Shown: positions 18,627 to 28,959 of the stretch, one piece after another
Position numbering within the stretch: position 1 is the first letter of the stretch
How the letters are laid out: every line of letters starts with the position of its first letter
Assembly (NCBI GenBank): GCA_963934255.1
Contig: CAWVXU010000005.1
Coordinates: forward strand, 2,570 to 66,569
Length of the DNA stretch: 64,000 nt
Reading direction: 5' to 3'
Source of the DNA: an uncultured Fibrobacterales bacterium
GTDB taxonomy: Bacteria; Fibrobacterota; Fibrobacteria; Fibrobacterales; CAWVXU01
Notes under the pieces: generated by a model
Told to the model about the DNA's origin: nothing
Database searches by the model: none
What the model saw: only the letters and a program-made list of their open reading frames with translations
Position numbers and translations under genes: made by a program

Positions 18627-21332
18627 TTGAAAACCCAATTAAAATTTGTGCTTATTTTAACCATATTAGTTGGAATCTTTGGATTAACAAATGCTCTTGC
18701 TGAAGAAACGAACACATCTTTAGTTAAGTTGAAGACGCTAGATGCTGTAAAATCAAAAGTAAAATCACAAACTGATAAAACAATAATCCTTGAAAATATC
18801 GAGAAAGAACCACAAGACACTGTCATGTTGAATCACGCACTTGATTCTAGTTTATGGACTTACTTTGACACAAATAAGACTGGTGGAATTATAGGGCTCT
18901 CAGTCTATAGCCATCTTAAAGACTCTCAGTTGATTGATTTTAATGCTGACAGTTTATTTACTCCAGCTTCTACGTTGAAGGTTCTTACGACAGCAACAGC
19001 ACTTGAGGAAATGGATCTTGATTGGCGTCCTATTACAAGAATTCAATTAAGAGGTATACAGACCAAATCCAAACTCGAGGGTGAATTACAGATTATTGGG
19101 GGGGGCGATCCAAATTTCTCTGGACGGTATTTTAAATCAGCGTTTGAAAGTATTGAGCCAATGGTTAAAAAAATTGCTGATCTTGGATTAGATACAATTG
19201 TGGGTGAAATCCTAATAGACGCCTCTTATTTTAAAGATCCTGCTCGACCTACTTCATGGGAAAACAGATTTTATAACAAATGGTATGGAGCTGAAGTGTC
19301 AGGCTTAGCATTCAATGATAATTGTTTTTCAATTAAAGTTTTACCAGGAGAAAACGTGGGTGATAGTGTGGTGCTTGAAATCCTGCCAGATGTTGGCTTT
19401 GTTGATGTAAAGATTGATGTCAAAACAGTTAAGGGTCGGCGAAATCGAATGAAAATGCAACACGACCAAGATTCAAATATAGTCACACTTAGCGGCTCTA
19501 TGGGGGTCCGTGGACAAGCCAAATCCTATGTGCTTCCCATTAGAGATGCACCTGAATACTTTAAGCGTGCGTTTATGAAAGTAATGGCAGATTATAATAT
19601 TTATTTTGAAAAATCAAAACTTCAAAGAAATCAAAAAAAAGAACTCATGATGATTACTTCATTTAATGAAGTAATTGAACATGAAGGGGTCCCATTGCTG
19701 AGTTTGTTAGATGAAATAAATCAAAGATCCCAAAATTTTCACGCTGAAACTTTACTACGCCAAATTGGATACGTCAAGTATAAGGAGGCCTCTATTGCAA
19801 AGGGAGTCCAGGCAGAAAAAGAATTTCTCGCGCGTTTAGGTTTGGCTAAAGACACTGCAAGAATCAAAATAGAAGATGGTAGTGGACTGAGTTATGGAAA
19901 TAAAACCACCCCTAAATTAATGACTACTCTTTTAGATAAAATGTTGAAGCACCCAAGAAAAGAATATTTTATCAGATCTATGGCAGAACCGCGGATTGCT
20001 GTTTCTGGCCAAAGGCTCAAAGAACTCACATATCCTTGGAGTGTGAAGTATAAGTCTGGCTTTGTAAACCAATCTCAAGGTCTTAATGGTTATTTATTTA
20101 CCAGCCAAGGGGACACTCTTTCAATCTCTCTCTATTTTAATAAGTACAAAATATCAGATACAAAAATTGGAAAAATGACGGATAGTATTTGGATTAAGCT
20201 GGCTAATCATTATGACCGAGAAAGACCCTCGATGATTGATGCTAGAAGGCTACATCGTCAAGTAGACATTGTTGGGCTTGGCGGGACAGAGTGGTTAAAC
20301 AGCACCTATCATCAAAGGATTCTTAAGTTTTCAAATTACTTCTTGGATAGGCCATACGGCCATGGGGGGCCAACGGGTGAAGGTATGTATGCTAAGCTTG
20401 AAACAAAGCCCCTCATCAACACCTTAGAGGTAGATTGTGTTACTTACATTGAGAGTGTCATGGCACTTGCATTATCAAAAAAATCGGTGGATATTTTAGG
20501 TGAACTTCAAAAAGTAAGATACTTGAATGGACAGATTGATTACCATAGAAGAAGACATTTCTTTGTGGAAGATTGGGTCTATGGTAATCCAGAAATGATT
20601 AATCTAAAGTCATTTGAAAATGATACTATAGGTATCAGAATATCAAATCGAACTAAGTTTTACGGATATAAGAAAATCAAAATTGAGGTTGAAAACCCTA
20701 AAACCCCATTGAAATATTTACAGCTTGATAGCGCAGTGAAAAAGTTTAAGAAACCTTGGGATGGTAAACCTCAAATTCTTGGTTTTGGCTTAATAGGTAA
20801 GCTTGATTGGTTGTGGGTCACTCACACAGGTTTCTTGATTCTTGAGCCGGGTAAAATGCCAATAATGAGACATGCCAGCCTCCAAAAAAATAAAGTTGTA
20901 GATATGGATTTTTCATTATATCTTAAGTCACGACAAAAATCACTCGATGGTGTAATGTTTTTCGAGTTCATTTCCCCAGGAGATAGTAGTGCAAAAATGA
21001 CTTCGGAAAGAGTCATGGATGAAATTAATAATAAGATGATGATTAACGATTCTCAGATGTTGAAAAATTCTACTACAGCTGATATTGATTCTGTTGTCAA
21101 GAGTGATGTGACTCAATTTGATTCAAATATAAAGATGCAAGTCAAACCTGTATCAAAACTAATTAAAAAAAATAAATCGATGGCAAAAATCAAATCGGAT
21201 TCAATTAGAAAAATGCAATCTGTTAAGTCTACAAGAAGTTTAGAAGCTCAGTTGAAAAATTATTCTGTTAAAAAAGAAAAAGATAAATCTCAACATTTAC
21301 TTAAAATAAACTCAGGTTCAATTTCAAATTGA
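18627..21332 (+). CDS. dacB: PBP4-type D-Ala-D-Ala carboxy/endopeptidase (S13) fused to a DUF1460 (NlpC/P60-like amidase) domain
   Basis: PASTLK (SxxK), GGGDP, SQNFHAE (SxN), DGSGLS, KSG; then GEG..VDCVTYIE..RRHFF..W and VTHTG; Lys-rich tail. Confidence 0.82.
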   Translation: MKTQLKFVLILTILVGIFGLTNALAEETNTSLVKLKTLDAVKSKVKSQTDKTIILENIEKEPQDTVMLNHALDSSLWTYFDTNKTGGIIGLSVYSHLKDSQLIDFNADSLFTPASTLKVLTTATALEEMDLDWRPITRIQLRGIQTKSKLEGELQIIGGGDPNFSGRYFKSAFESIEPMVKKIADLGLDTIVGEILIDASYFKDPARPTSWENRFYNKWYGAEVSGLAFNDNCFSIKVLPGENVGDSVVLEILPDVGFVDVKIDVKTVKGRRNRMKMQHDQDSNIVTLSGSMGVRGQAKSYVLPIRDAPEYFKRAFMKVMADYNIYFEKSKLQRNQKKELMMITSFNEVIEHEGVPLLSLLDEINQRSQNFHAETLLRQIGYVKYKEASIAKGVQAEKEFLARLGLAKDTARIKIEDGSGLSYGNKTTPKLMTTLLDKMLKHPRKEYFIRSMAEPRIAVSGQRLKELTYPWSVKYKSGFVNQSQGLNGYLFTSQGDTLSISLYFNKYKISDTKIGKMTDSIWIKLANHYDRERPSMIDARRLHRQVDIVGLGGTEWLNSTYHQRILKFSNYFLDRPYGHGGPTGEGMYAKLETKPLINTLEVDCVTYIESVMALALSKKSVDILGELQKVRYLNGQIDYHRRRHFFVEDWVYGNPEMINLKSFENDTIGIRISNRTKFYGYKKIKIEVENPKTPLKYLQLDSAVKKFKKPWDGKPQILGFGLIGKLDWLWVTHTGFLILEPGKMPIMRHASLQKNKVVDMDFSLYLKSRQKSLDGVMFFEFISPGDSSAKMTSERVMDEINNKMMINDSQMLKNSTTADIDSVVKSDVTQFDSNIKMQVKPVSKLIKKNKSMAKIKSDSIRKMQSVKSTRSLEAQLKNYSVKKEKDKSQHLLKINSGSISN

Positions 21333-21387
21333 TAAATGAGAATAAAAGTTAACAACAGTTTAAAAAATTTAAAACAATAAAAAAAGG

Positions 21388-21837
21388 ATGAACCTGATGA
21401 ATTTAGAACTCACCACTGAACAATATAAAACATTACTATTGAGTGTCTGTTATGCGACCGAATGTTTAGATGATTCAGAAGCAAATTCTATGGGTGAAAA
21501 AATACTAGCATTATTTGATACTCTACAAGCAATGGCCCCAAGTGCTGGCCTTCAAATAGGCAAGGAATTATCTAAAGACGAAGATGGAAAAATTGAATTA
21601 CATCCCGATTTTGTAAAAAACACTGAAGATTTTGTCGAGCTATATGAAGATCACCGTGAAGATGTTTTTTGGAGTGAATTACTTGCACGCATGGCCGGTA
21701 AACAACTGCATCGTAAATTTGGGAAAAATTTTGATCCCAAAAAAGCATCTCAAAAAGAACAAGATAAAATTTGGGAAAAAATAGAAATTGAACTGGCTGA
21801 ACATGGGCTTGATAACCTTGTATTTAAAGGACAATAA
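21388..21837 (+). CDS. Hypothetical protein
   Basis: 149-aa ORF immediately upstream of pfkA. Confidence 0.65.
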   Translation: MNLMNLELTTEQYKTLLLSVCYATECLDDSEANSMGEKILALFDTLQAMAPSAGLQIGKELSKDEDGKIELHPDFVKNTEDFVELYEDHREDVFWSELLARMAGKQLHRKFGKNFDPKKASQKEQDKIWEKIEIELAEHGLDNLVFKGQ

Positions 21838-21839
21838 TT

Positions 21840-23177
21840 ATGGGACATACTCTCAGAGCCGAAGATCCACATAACCAAGAACTAGAGATTACTCAACTAG
21901 GTGAATCAAAAATCGATTCTCCGTTAATGTATAGACGCTTTACAAATGATGAAGATCGTATTGTGTATAGTTCAAAGACTAACGACATTAAAGCTCAGCT
22001 AGCCAAAGGTGACATCATCACTGTTGAAAAGGCGGGTGCAAGAGAGAAAATTCATTTCTCTCCCAAAGCGACCTCTGCAGCTATCGTGACTTGTGGTGGA
22101 TTATGTCCTGGGCTTAATAATGTCATTAAATCACTTGTACAACAACTAGATCATGAGTATAAAGTCAAACGTATCTATGGTGTACAATACGGTTATGAAG
22201 GTTTGGTCCCTAAATATGGGCATGCCTTACTTCCACTAACGCCCGATGATGTAAGACAAATACACCTGAGTGGTGGCACTATGTTAGGGTCAAGCCGTGG
22301 GCATCAAGACCCGTCTATCATGGTGGATACTTTGGTTCGCCACAGGATTGATATTTTGTTTTGTATAGGTGGTGATGGTACTCTGCGTGGTGCTTCAGCT
22401 ATAGTTCAAGAAATAGAATTCCGTCAGTTAAATATATCAGTCGTAGGTTTACCTAAGACAATAGATAACGACTTGAATTATGTTGGGAAAACCTTTGGTT
22501 TCGAAAGTGCAGTGTATGCCGCGGGACCGATAATTTCTCAAGCACAAGTTGAATCAGTTGGTGCCTATAACGGTGTAGGGCTTGTCAAACTCATGGGTCG
22601 TGATTCAGGGTTTATAGCCGCTAACGCCTCTATTGCCAATTCGTCAGTCAACATTTGTTTGATTCCTGAACAAAAATTTGAATTAGAAGGTCCTAGTGGT
22701 TTATACACAGCTATTGAACGGCGCTTTGAAAGTGGAATTCATAATGCTGTGGTAGTCGTGGCTGAAGGTGCTGGACAAGAATTTTTCAAAGATCTTCCTG
22801 TGGAAAAAGATGCCTCAGGTAATGCACTTAAAAGAGATATTGGTGAGTTCTTGTCTCAAGGGATTAAAGAATATTTTAAAGACAAAAAGCAACCAGTTGA
22901 GGTAAAATATTTTGACCCGTCTTATTCTATTAGGTCAATCGCAGCTCACGGTACAGATGCAATATTTTGTACTCACCTAGCGGAAAATGCAGTGCATGCA
23001 GGGATGTCTGGTAAAACGAATGTTGTAATTGGATATTGGAACCGACACTTTGTTCATATTCCTATTCCACTCGCTACAAGGGAGCGTCAGAAGATTGATA
23101 CGACCGGATCGCTGTGGAAATCAGTTCTTTTTACTACCCGACAAGATGATTATTTCTATGAAGGTCAAGGGGGTTAG
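21840..23177 (+). CDS. pfkA: ATP-dependent 6-phosphofructokinase (group X)
   Basis: TCGGLCPGLN, GGTMLGSSRG, IGGDGT, PKTIDND, MGRDSG, DPSYSIR. Confidence 0.93.
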   Translation: MGHTLRAEDPHNQELEITQLGESKIDSPLMYRRFTNDEDRIVYSSKTNDIKAQLAKGDIITVEKAGAREKIHFSPKATSAAIVTCGGLCPGLNNVIKSLVQQLDHEYKVKRIYGVQYGYEGLVPKYGHALLPLTPDDVRQIHLSGGTMLGSSRGHQDPSIMVDTLVRHRIDILFCIGGDGTLRGASAIVQEIEFRQLNISVVGLPKTIDNDLNYVGKTFGFESAVYAAGPIISQAQVESVGAYNGVGLVKLMGRDSGFIAANASIANSSVNICLIPEQKFELEGPSGLYTAIERRFESGIHNAVVVVAEGAGQEFFKDLPVEKDASGNALKRDIGEFLSQGIKEYFKDKKQPVEVKYFDPSYSIRSIAAHGTDAIFCTHLAENAVHAGMSGKTNVVIGYWNRHFVHIPIPLATRERQKIDTTGSLWKSVLFTTRQDDYFYEGQGG

Positions 23178-23184
23178 TAGTTCA

Positions 23185-23481
23185 ATGTCAGTTAATAGTA
23201 GAACAGGTGTGAGCCGAGTGCGAACTCAAGGAAAAGCAATATCTGCTTTTTTAGAGGATTCGGGACACCAAGAGTGGTCTCTTCGTATTTCTAAGTTGAT
23301 TGAAGATGTTGATTCTCCGATCTATAAAAACCGCGCTCTTGTGGAGCTCGCTCGCCTAACTCATATTCAATGGCTGGGCGATCTATCTGTAAATTATGGA
23401 AACTCTCGTAGTGAGTGGTGGAAGTATTTAGAGCAATTTGAAAGTGAGTGTCGTGCGCTTATTCCAGAAGGTTTTGAATAA
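23185..23481 (+). CDS. Hypothetical protein (98 aa)
   Basis: ATG at 23185 just after the pfkA stop; the longer supplied ORF start overlaps pfkA. Confidence 0.55.
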   Translation: MSVNSRTGVSRVRTQGKAISAFLEDSGHQEWSLRISKLIEDVDSPIYKNRALVELARLTHIQWLGDLSVNYGNSRSEWWKYLEQFESECRALIPEGFE

Positions 23482-23570
23482 AGTCAATTCATGGAAAATG
23501 GGTGTAATCTATAGGGGTCCTCCCAAAGTGATTCACATGTTCAAAAATTTAATTATTCAGCTCTTTTGAT

Positions 23571-23855
23571 GACTATGTTATTGAGAAAAAGGACCACCCT
23601 AATCACGCCAGCTCTTACTGGGGCCAAGACCATATCAACTATGAAGCTTCGCATTAAGGTATGATTGCTAATCTCAATGTTATTACCGAACAAGATCTAT
23701 TTTTTAGAATCCCTAAAAATCCAGCGTAAGTTGTCGAGGATCAAATTCCAACATTTGATAGTTGTCGAGGGCACCGGGCTCAAGGTGGCTGATATCATTA
23801 CCACAGGAGTGAATCCTTTCCTTATATTCATGAGTGTTTTCGCGGTTCTATCTAA
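23571..23855 (+). pseudogene. Decayed YHYH-domain protein
   Basis: One frame reads DYVIEKKDHPNHASSYWG..*..RIPKNPA*VVEDQIPTFDSCRGHRAQGG*YHYHRSESFPYIHECFRGSI*; three in-frame stops and much shorter than a full YHYH protein. Confidence 0.75.
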
Positions 23856-23880
23856 GTGCTTCAAGGCCCAAAACAAGAAG

Positions 23881-24034
23881 TAGGCAGGGCGGATTGCTTC
23901 TTAAGGCAGACCCATCTTTTACAGGTCTAGTCATTGATCGAAATACTCATGGAAAAATTCTAGGGGAGACCCAAGTTGTTAAGGGCCTAAAACATGGTAT
24001 CAAAAAAAGACTTTACCTTGATAGAGTCACCTGA
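23881..24034 (+). pseudogene. Fragment of YwqK/MORN-variant repeat protein
   Basis: ..PSFTGLVIDRNTHGKILGETQVVKGLKHGIKKRLY; lies between YHYH and SCO relics. Confidence 0.5.
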
Positions 24035-24083
24035 AATTGATCACCTAACGAGACTGTAAGAATATGCAGAAGACCGAATACAA

Positions 24084-24206
24084 ATGAAATTAGAAAATGT
24101 TCAGTTGATGGATTCGGATGGTTATATTCGAGGAGCTTACAATGAAACACTATCTCTTGAAATGATTAAACTAGAAGCGGATACAAAGAAATTACTGAAT
24201 CTATAA
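24084..24206 (+). pseudogene. C-terminal fragment of an SCO-family protein
   Basis: MKLENVQLMDSDGYIRGAYNETLSLEMIKLEADTKKLLNL* resembles the SCO C-terminus (EN..LVD..G.IRG.YNG...L..DI..LL); no CxxxC part. Confidence 0.65.
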
Positions 24207-24216
24207 TCAGCTTTCT

Positions 24217-25203
24217 TTATTCATCTTCGAGAATAAATTCACCTTCAATGAGTGTAAAAATATTTTGAATAATATCTTCTACGTAATTCATTGGGTTACG
24301 TCTTATCCGAACTTCTTCTTGCGCTACCAAGTTGAAAAGTCCATTGAGTGCATGCTTAGTGGTGTATTCTGTTAAGTCAGCCGGTAGTGTTTCAGGAAAT
24401 GACTCAGAAAATTTTAGGCTATTTTTGAATGAATCTGGAACTAAGGAATTAGAGTTTATACTCAGCTGGATATTTTTGTATGAGCTAAGATAGTTATTAT
24501 AAAGCGAAGAATATTCATTCCATAATTTGGCGGCGTTCACTTGGTCAAGTGAGTTCTTAACTATTGGCTCAAAGACATCAAATAAGTCTTGGTAGCTTGT
24601 TGTATTTAAATATTGGGTCGCTGAGGTTGAGTCATCAGAAAATAATATTTGACTTCCTTGATTCAGGGACATTTCAGTAATAGCATCAACAAAGATGGAT
24701 TTGCTTTTGGGTGCTGCGTGCTCAGCTGCCCTATTAAGGCTTTTCCAGAGTTCAGCTTCGATGGTTTCCATTTTAGAGAGGTCGTTAATAAAATCAATAT
24801 CTAATGAAAGAATAATAAGATCGGAGACGCCAAATGAATTGTCGGATAAGTCTTGTTTCCAACTATTAAAACTCGAAGACATCGCCTGGGTAGCTATCAG
24901 AGCTTTAAGCGCCTTGTTTGGTAACAGTATTTGAATTGCTTCTTCTTGGATAAGTCCATCATCCAAGCCACGTTTCCAATATCCATTGTTTAAGGCGGCA
25001 GAGTCAACCATGAGGTCGACGCCAAGGCTGAGTGCTTCTTTGAGTCCAGAAACAATTTCGCTTTGAGAAACTCTTTGTTCTGACGTTTGCTTTTTCGCTA
25101 TTTCAATAAGCTCACAGGAGCCCAAAAAAATAGATGTGGTAGTAATCAAAACCAGACACAATCTTGACATGAATTTTGTCTTAAGAAAAGATCGAAAAAC
25201 CAT
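24217..25203 (-). CDS. DUF4197-family lipoprotein
   Basis: Lipobox LGSC; SEIVSGLKEAL, LNRAAEHA, IFVDAI, SATQYL, GLF..A.EE..IRRNP; start probably about 25170. Confidence 0.85.
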   Translation of the reverse strand: MVFRSFLKTKFMSRLCLVLITTTSIFLGSCELIEIAKKQTSEQRVSQSEIVSGLKEALSLGVDLMVDSAALNNGYWKRGLDDGLIQEEAIQILLPNKALKALIATQAMSSSFNSWKQDLSDNSFGVSDLIILSLDIDFINDLSKMETIEAELWKSLNRAAEHAAPKSKSIFVDAITEMSLNQGSQILFSDDSTSATQYLNTTSYQDLFDVFEPIVKNSLDQVNAAKLWNEYSSLYNNYLSSYKNIQLSINSNSLVPDSFKNSLKFSESFPETLPADLTEYTTKHALNGLFNLVAQEEVRIRRNPMNYVEDIIQNIFTLIEGEFILEDE

Positions 25204-25208
25204 AAATT

Positions 25209-27110
25209 TTATCCTTGGAATTCACCATATTTCAATTCGGCAGATTCAACTTCTGCGACCGCTTTTTCATAACTCACAAATAGCTTCTCAAGTTGAGATT
25301 CGTTTCGACCAAGGTTCTCACTAGCTTCTTGAATTTTTTTGGCTTCACCTGATTCACTTGCAGAAATAAGTTGCTGGTGAAAGTCAGCGATTAATTTTTC
25401 AGTTTTTTCGATGTCAGTTTCAATTTGCTTTTGAATATTTTCAAGAGGAGCAATCACTTTACGCTTTGAAGTGTTGAATTCTGCTTTAGCTTTACGGGCA
25501 TCTTTGCCTTTAAGTTCCTCATCCTTGGATACTTCAGGCTCTTTAGCTTTGGGTTCTAATTTGACAGTAGTAGTAGGCTTATCTTTACCTTTTTTCTTAC
25601 CGCGTTTTTTGCCGAAGCCACCGTTGTCTTGAAAGTCTTTATAGTTTCCATCAAAAACAACTAAGTTTTGGGTCATGTCTTCATTCGTTTCAAATACTAA
25701 TAGACGATCACAAACTTGTTTTAATAAATCTTCAGAGTGAGAGACAATCACCACTGTACCTTCGAAAGCATCTAGCGCTTCAATAAGTGAATCAATGGAT
25801 TCCATATCTAGATGATTCGTAGGTTCATCAAGAACAAGGAGGTTGGTGGGAGTTGCAAGAAGTTGAGCCAGAAGAACTCGGCTTTTTTCACCACCTGATA
25901 ATACTTCAATTTTTTTAAGTGCGTCATCGCCTTCAAATAACATACAACCAGCTAAATTTCTAGCAGCTGTGATATTGTGTTGAGGTAAACACCTGAGGAC
26001 TTCTTGTTCAATCGTGTTGTCAGTTACAAGACGACTGATATGAGTTTGTCCAAAGTAACCGACTTTAACGTGGTCAGCTATTTCAATGGTACCTTCAACA
26101 GGCTTTAAGTCACCGATAAGTAACTGAAGTAGAGTAGATTTACCACGTCCGTTGGGTCCAATAACACCAATGCGCTCACCGCGGCCGAGTCTGAAATCAA
26201 CATCATTAAACAGAAGTTGATCCTTCTCATAACCAAAACTAAGGTCGGTAAATTGAGCGACACGTTTAGCTGTCATTGGTTTATATGGGAACTCAAAGTC
26301 AAGATCTTTATCAAAAGTTAAGGTTTTGACTGGTCCCATTTTATCAAGCATCTTAACGCGTGATTGGGCTGCTTTGGCCTTAGAGGCTTTGGCTTTAAAT
26401 CTTGCAACAAAGCGTTCAAGATCTGTGCGCTTTTTGGCTTCATTTTCCATCGTTTTAAGGTGAATTTCTTCTTCAAGTAAAATCTCGTCTTGCCATTTAC
26501 TGACAGGACCTTTTACTTTACGAAATTTCTGACGATGCAGACCCACTGTATGAGTACAAACTTTATTCATGAAATGACGATCATGAGTGATCAACATTAA
26601 TTCGCCCTGCCAATTCATAAGGAACTTCTCAAGCCAAGCGATAGAGGGTAAATCGAGATAATTCGTCGGTTCATCCATCAAAAGTAAATTAGGCTCAGTC
26701 AAGAGAAGTTTAGCCAAATTCAAACGAATCTGATATCCACCAGAAAATTCACTTGGAGCTCGATCAAAATCAGTCTCGGCAAAGCCAAGTCCAGATAGAT
26801 AAGCTTCTGCGCGATAGATTTCTTTCCAACCACCATCTTGTTCAGGCAAGACAGAGGAAACTTCTTCAAGAATGGTCGGATGATCAAACTGAAGATGTTG
26901 AGATAGATATCCCATATGATAATTTTTCGGTTTCTCTATAGTCCCACCGTCAGAGCTTTGCTCTTTCATAAGAATTTTGAAAAGAGTAGATTTGCCGGAT
27001 CCATTACGGCCGACAATACCGATACGTTCACCACTGCCAACAGTCAGGGTAACTTGATCAAAAAGGACACGTGTCCCAAATGATTTACTGAGATTTTGTA
27101 ATTGAAGCAT
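25209..27110 (-). CDS. ABC-F family ATP-binding protein (ribosome-associated)
   Basis: Two ABC cassettes (GRNGSGKST/FSGG/DEPTNYLD and GPNGRGKST/LSGGEK/DEPTNHLD), no TM segments, coiled-coil tail. Confidence 0.93.
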   Translation of the reverse strand: MLQLQNLSKSFGTRVLFDQVTLTVGSGERIGIVGRNGSGKSTLFKILMKEQSSDGGTIEKPKNYHMGYLSQHLQFDHPTILEEVSSVLPEQDGGWKEIYRAEAYLSGLGFAETDFDRAPSEFSGGYQIRLNLAKLLLTEPNLLLMDEPTNYLDLPSIAWLEKFLMNWQGELMLITHDRHFMNKVCTHTVGLHRQKFRKVKGPVSKWQDEILLEEEIHLKTMENEAKKRTDLERFVARFKAKASKAKAAQSRVKMLDKMGPVKTLTFDKDLDFEFPYKPMTAKRVAQFTDLSFGYEKDQLLFNDVDFRLGRGERIGVIGPNGRGKSTLLQLLIGDLKPVEGTIEIADHVKVGYFGQTHISRLVTDNTIEQEVLRCLPQHNITAARNLAGCMLFEGDDALKKIEVLSGGEKSRVLLAQLLATPTNLLVLDEPTNHLDMESIDSLIEALDAFEGTVVIVSHSEDLLKQVCDRLLVFETNEDMTQNLVVFDGNYKDFQDNGGFGKKRGKKKGKDKPTTTVKLEPKAKEPEVSKDEELKGKDARKAKAEFNTSKRKVIAPLENIQKQIETDIEKTEKLIADFHQQLISASESGEAKKIQEASENLGRNESQLEKLFVSYEKAVAEVESAELKYGEFQG

Positions 27111-27148
27111 GAGGGCAAAGGTAGAAATTTAGAAGGAAATCTTGACGA

Positions 27149-28939
27149 TCACAACAAACTAAATGTGAATGCTAAAGAGAAAAGGGCCCAAATTGTCACG
27201 TAGACTAATGGCAATGCCTGCAGCCAGCGCGAGTATAAGCTCATATGTCGTAAACCTGCAAGAGTCAAAGGTATCCAGGTGAGTATAAGGGGGTAGACAT
27301 ATCTAAAGTCAGTGGCACAAGAGAATGGAAGTTTAATACGAAATAAAATAGCTGCTATTACAAGCCCCAGACCACTGAGTAGGTATATTCCAGGACCAGA
27401 TGATTTTAGCGTGGATGGGTGGAACAAGCCAATTGACATAGCTAAAAGTGAAAACCCAAAGAGAAATTTAAGTGCCTTAGCCCAAGGTTCGCTTTGGCGA
27501 GCGTGTTTGAATTCACCAAATAATGAAGTCTTGAAGTGATAATTCCAAAAATATTGACGTCCGCCTGGATCATTCCAAGGGTCAGTAAATGTTACCTCGA
27601 TAAAATCTTTAGTATCAATAATGAGGAAGTTAGATATTTTATTTTCAACTTTGAGGCCTCTGTGTAATGATCCTGCATTGCCAACTAGTATTTGGTCCTT
27701 ATGACCATGATAAACTTGGTAAATCGAAGGGGCTAAGTTAATAAATAGCGCCATAAGTATTGCAAGTAATATTGCACTGGAACCAAGGAGTCCTTTTTTA
27801 ATTCCCGATTGATTAACATAGATGGTGCGAATGAAATAATAAGCGATAAGTGGAAAGGCCGCAACGATTCCGTTGGTTTTGACAAAGAGAGACAAACAAA
27901 CCATTAGGGTCGCCAAGATTATAGGCCATTTATCATTTGATTTCCATTTGGATAGAAAATAAAGAGTGGCCGCAAAAAGTAAATAGACGAGGTGATCATT
28001 ACCAATTCTTGCGCCATGTATAATACCACTAGGCCAAAAGACCAGAAGAAGTGAGGCGAGTAGGAGATAATTTGAGGAGAGTATATTTCTAAAAAACAAC
28101 AAAGAGAATATCAAAAATGCTGCATCTAATAATAAGGTGAAACTCTGATAAATAGAATCCTTATCAAAATTTGTTAGCGCTAAAAATGGTTTGGCATAAA
28201 GGCCGGTTAAACTATAGTAAGCTGCAGGGTGATAGCATTGCCAACAATCATCGTTGGCAGGTATTTTATTTTCTAAGGAGATAAAGTCAATATACTTGAT
28301 ATGACCGTCTACATCATAAGCCCGAGATGATGGTGGGGTATTTTGAAAATAGAAAACTCGAAGGAGAATTCCTGCTATCAAGACAAGTCGAATCGTAGGT
28401 GAGAGCTTAAGTTTTTTACAAATAGACCAAAGTAATAATAATAGTGGAATGACAATGAGGCCGTATGCGATTGGGGTGGTGGGCGAATCCAAAGGTTCTA
28501 TTCGGAGCCCAAATTTGCCCCCATTGTTTTTGATATGGATAGAAAATAAATTGGAACCAGCTTGAAGATAATCACCTAAATCTACTTGGATCCCTTGAGT
28601 GTAATCACATGGCCTTCCCTTAAATATATTAGATGGTATTGGGACATTGTTGACTTTAATTTGAGACAAACAGTCATCGGGTATTATCCTAATGTTAGTT
28701 GTGCCCTGCCAAGTATGATGCAGATTGAACTGATAGTGGATATTAGTCTTAGGTGCTGAAATCCCATGATGAGGCAAGTTCTCAAATTCTTGTAAAGGGA
28801 TTTGGGTTTGAGTTTGAGTGTATTGAGCGTATTGTAAGTTAGTCAAAACCAATTGATTTTGATTTAATAAATAGAGCCCTAATAGGATTAATATTAGGGA
28901 AACCCAAAGCCTCTTGGTTTGCAAAATAGATTTGATCAT
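27149..28939 (-). CDS. GT-C-fold (ArnT/PMT/DUF2142-like) membrane glycosyltransferase with N-terminal extracytoplasmic domain
   Basis: YDVDGHIKYI..P..WQCYHPAAYY, IGNDHL, K after TM, DFRYVYP; many TM helices. Confidence 0.65.
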   Translation of the reverse strand: MIKSILQTKRLWVSLILILLGLYLLNQNQLVLTNLQYAQYTQTQTQIPLQEFENLPHHGISAPKTNIHYQFNLHHTWQGTTNIRIIPDDCLSQIKVNNVPIPSNIFKGRPCDYTQGIQVDLGDYLQAGSNLFSIHIKNNGGKFGLRIEPLDSPTTPIAYGLIVIPLLLLLWSICKKLKLSPTIRLVLIAGILLRVFYFQNTPPSSRAYDVDGHIKYIDFISLENKIPANDDCWQCYHPAAYYSLTGLYAKPFLALTNFDKDSIYQSFTLLLDAAFLIFSLLFFRNILSSNYLLLASLLLVFWPSGIIHGARIGNDHLVYLLFAATLYFLSKWKSNDKWPIILATLMVCLSLFVKTNGIVAAFPLIAYYFIRTIYVNQSGIKKGLLGSSAILLAILMALFINLAPSIYQVYHGHKDQILVGNAGSLHRGLKVENKISNFLIIDTKDFIEVTFTDPWNDPGGRQYFWNYHFKTSLFGEFKHARQSEPWAKALKFLFGFSLLAMSIGLFHPSTLKSSGPGIYLLSGLGLVIAAILFRIKLPFSCATDFRYVYPLILTWIPLTLAGLRHMSLYSRWLQALPLVYVTIWALFSLAFTFSLL

Positions 28940-28959
28940 TCTCTAATATTAACAAAAAT

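Noticed and set aside
23790-23792. In-frame TGA before YHYH as selenocysteine or a recoded stop
   Set aside because: The same frame also has two TAA stops and a deletion, and TGA terminates normal genes elsewhere in the window, so decay is the simpler explanation.
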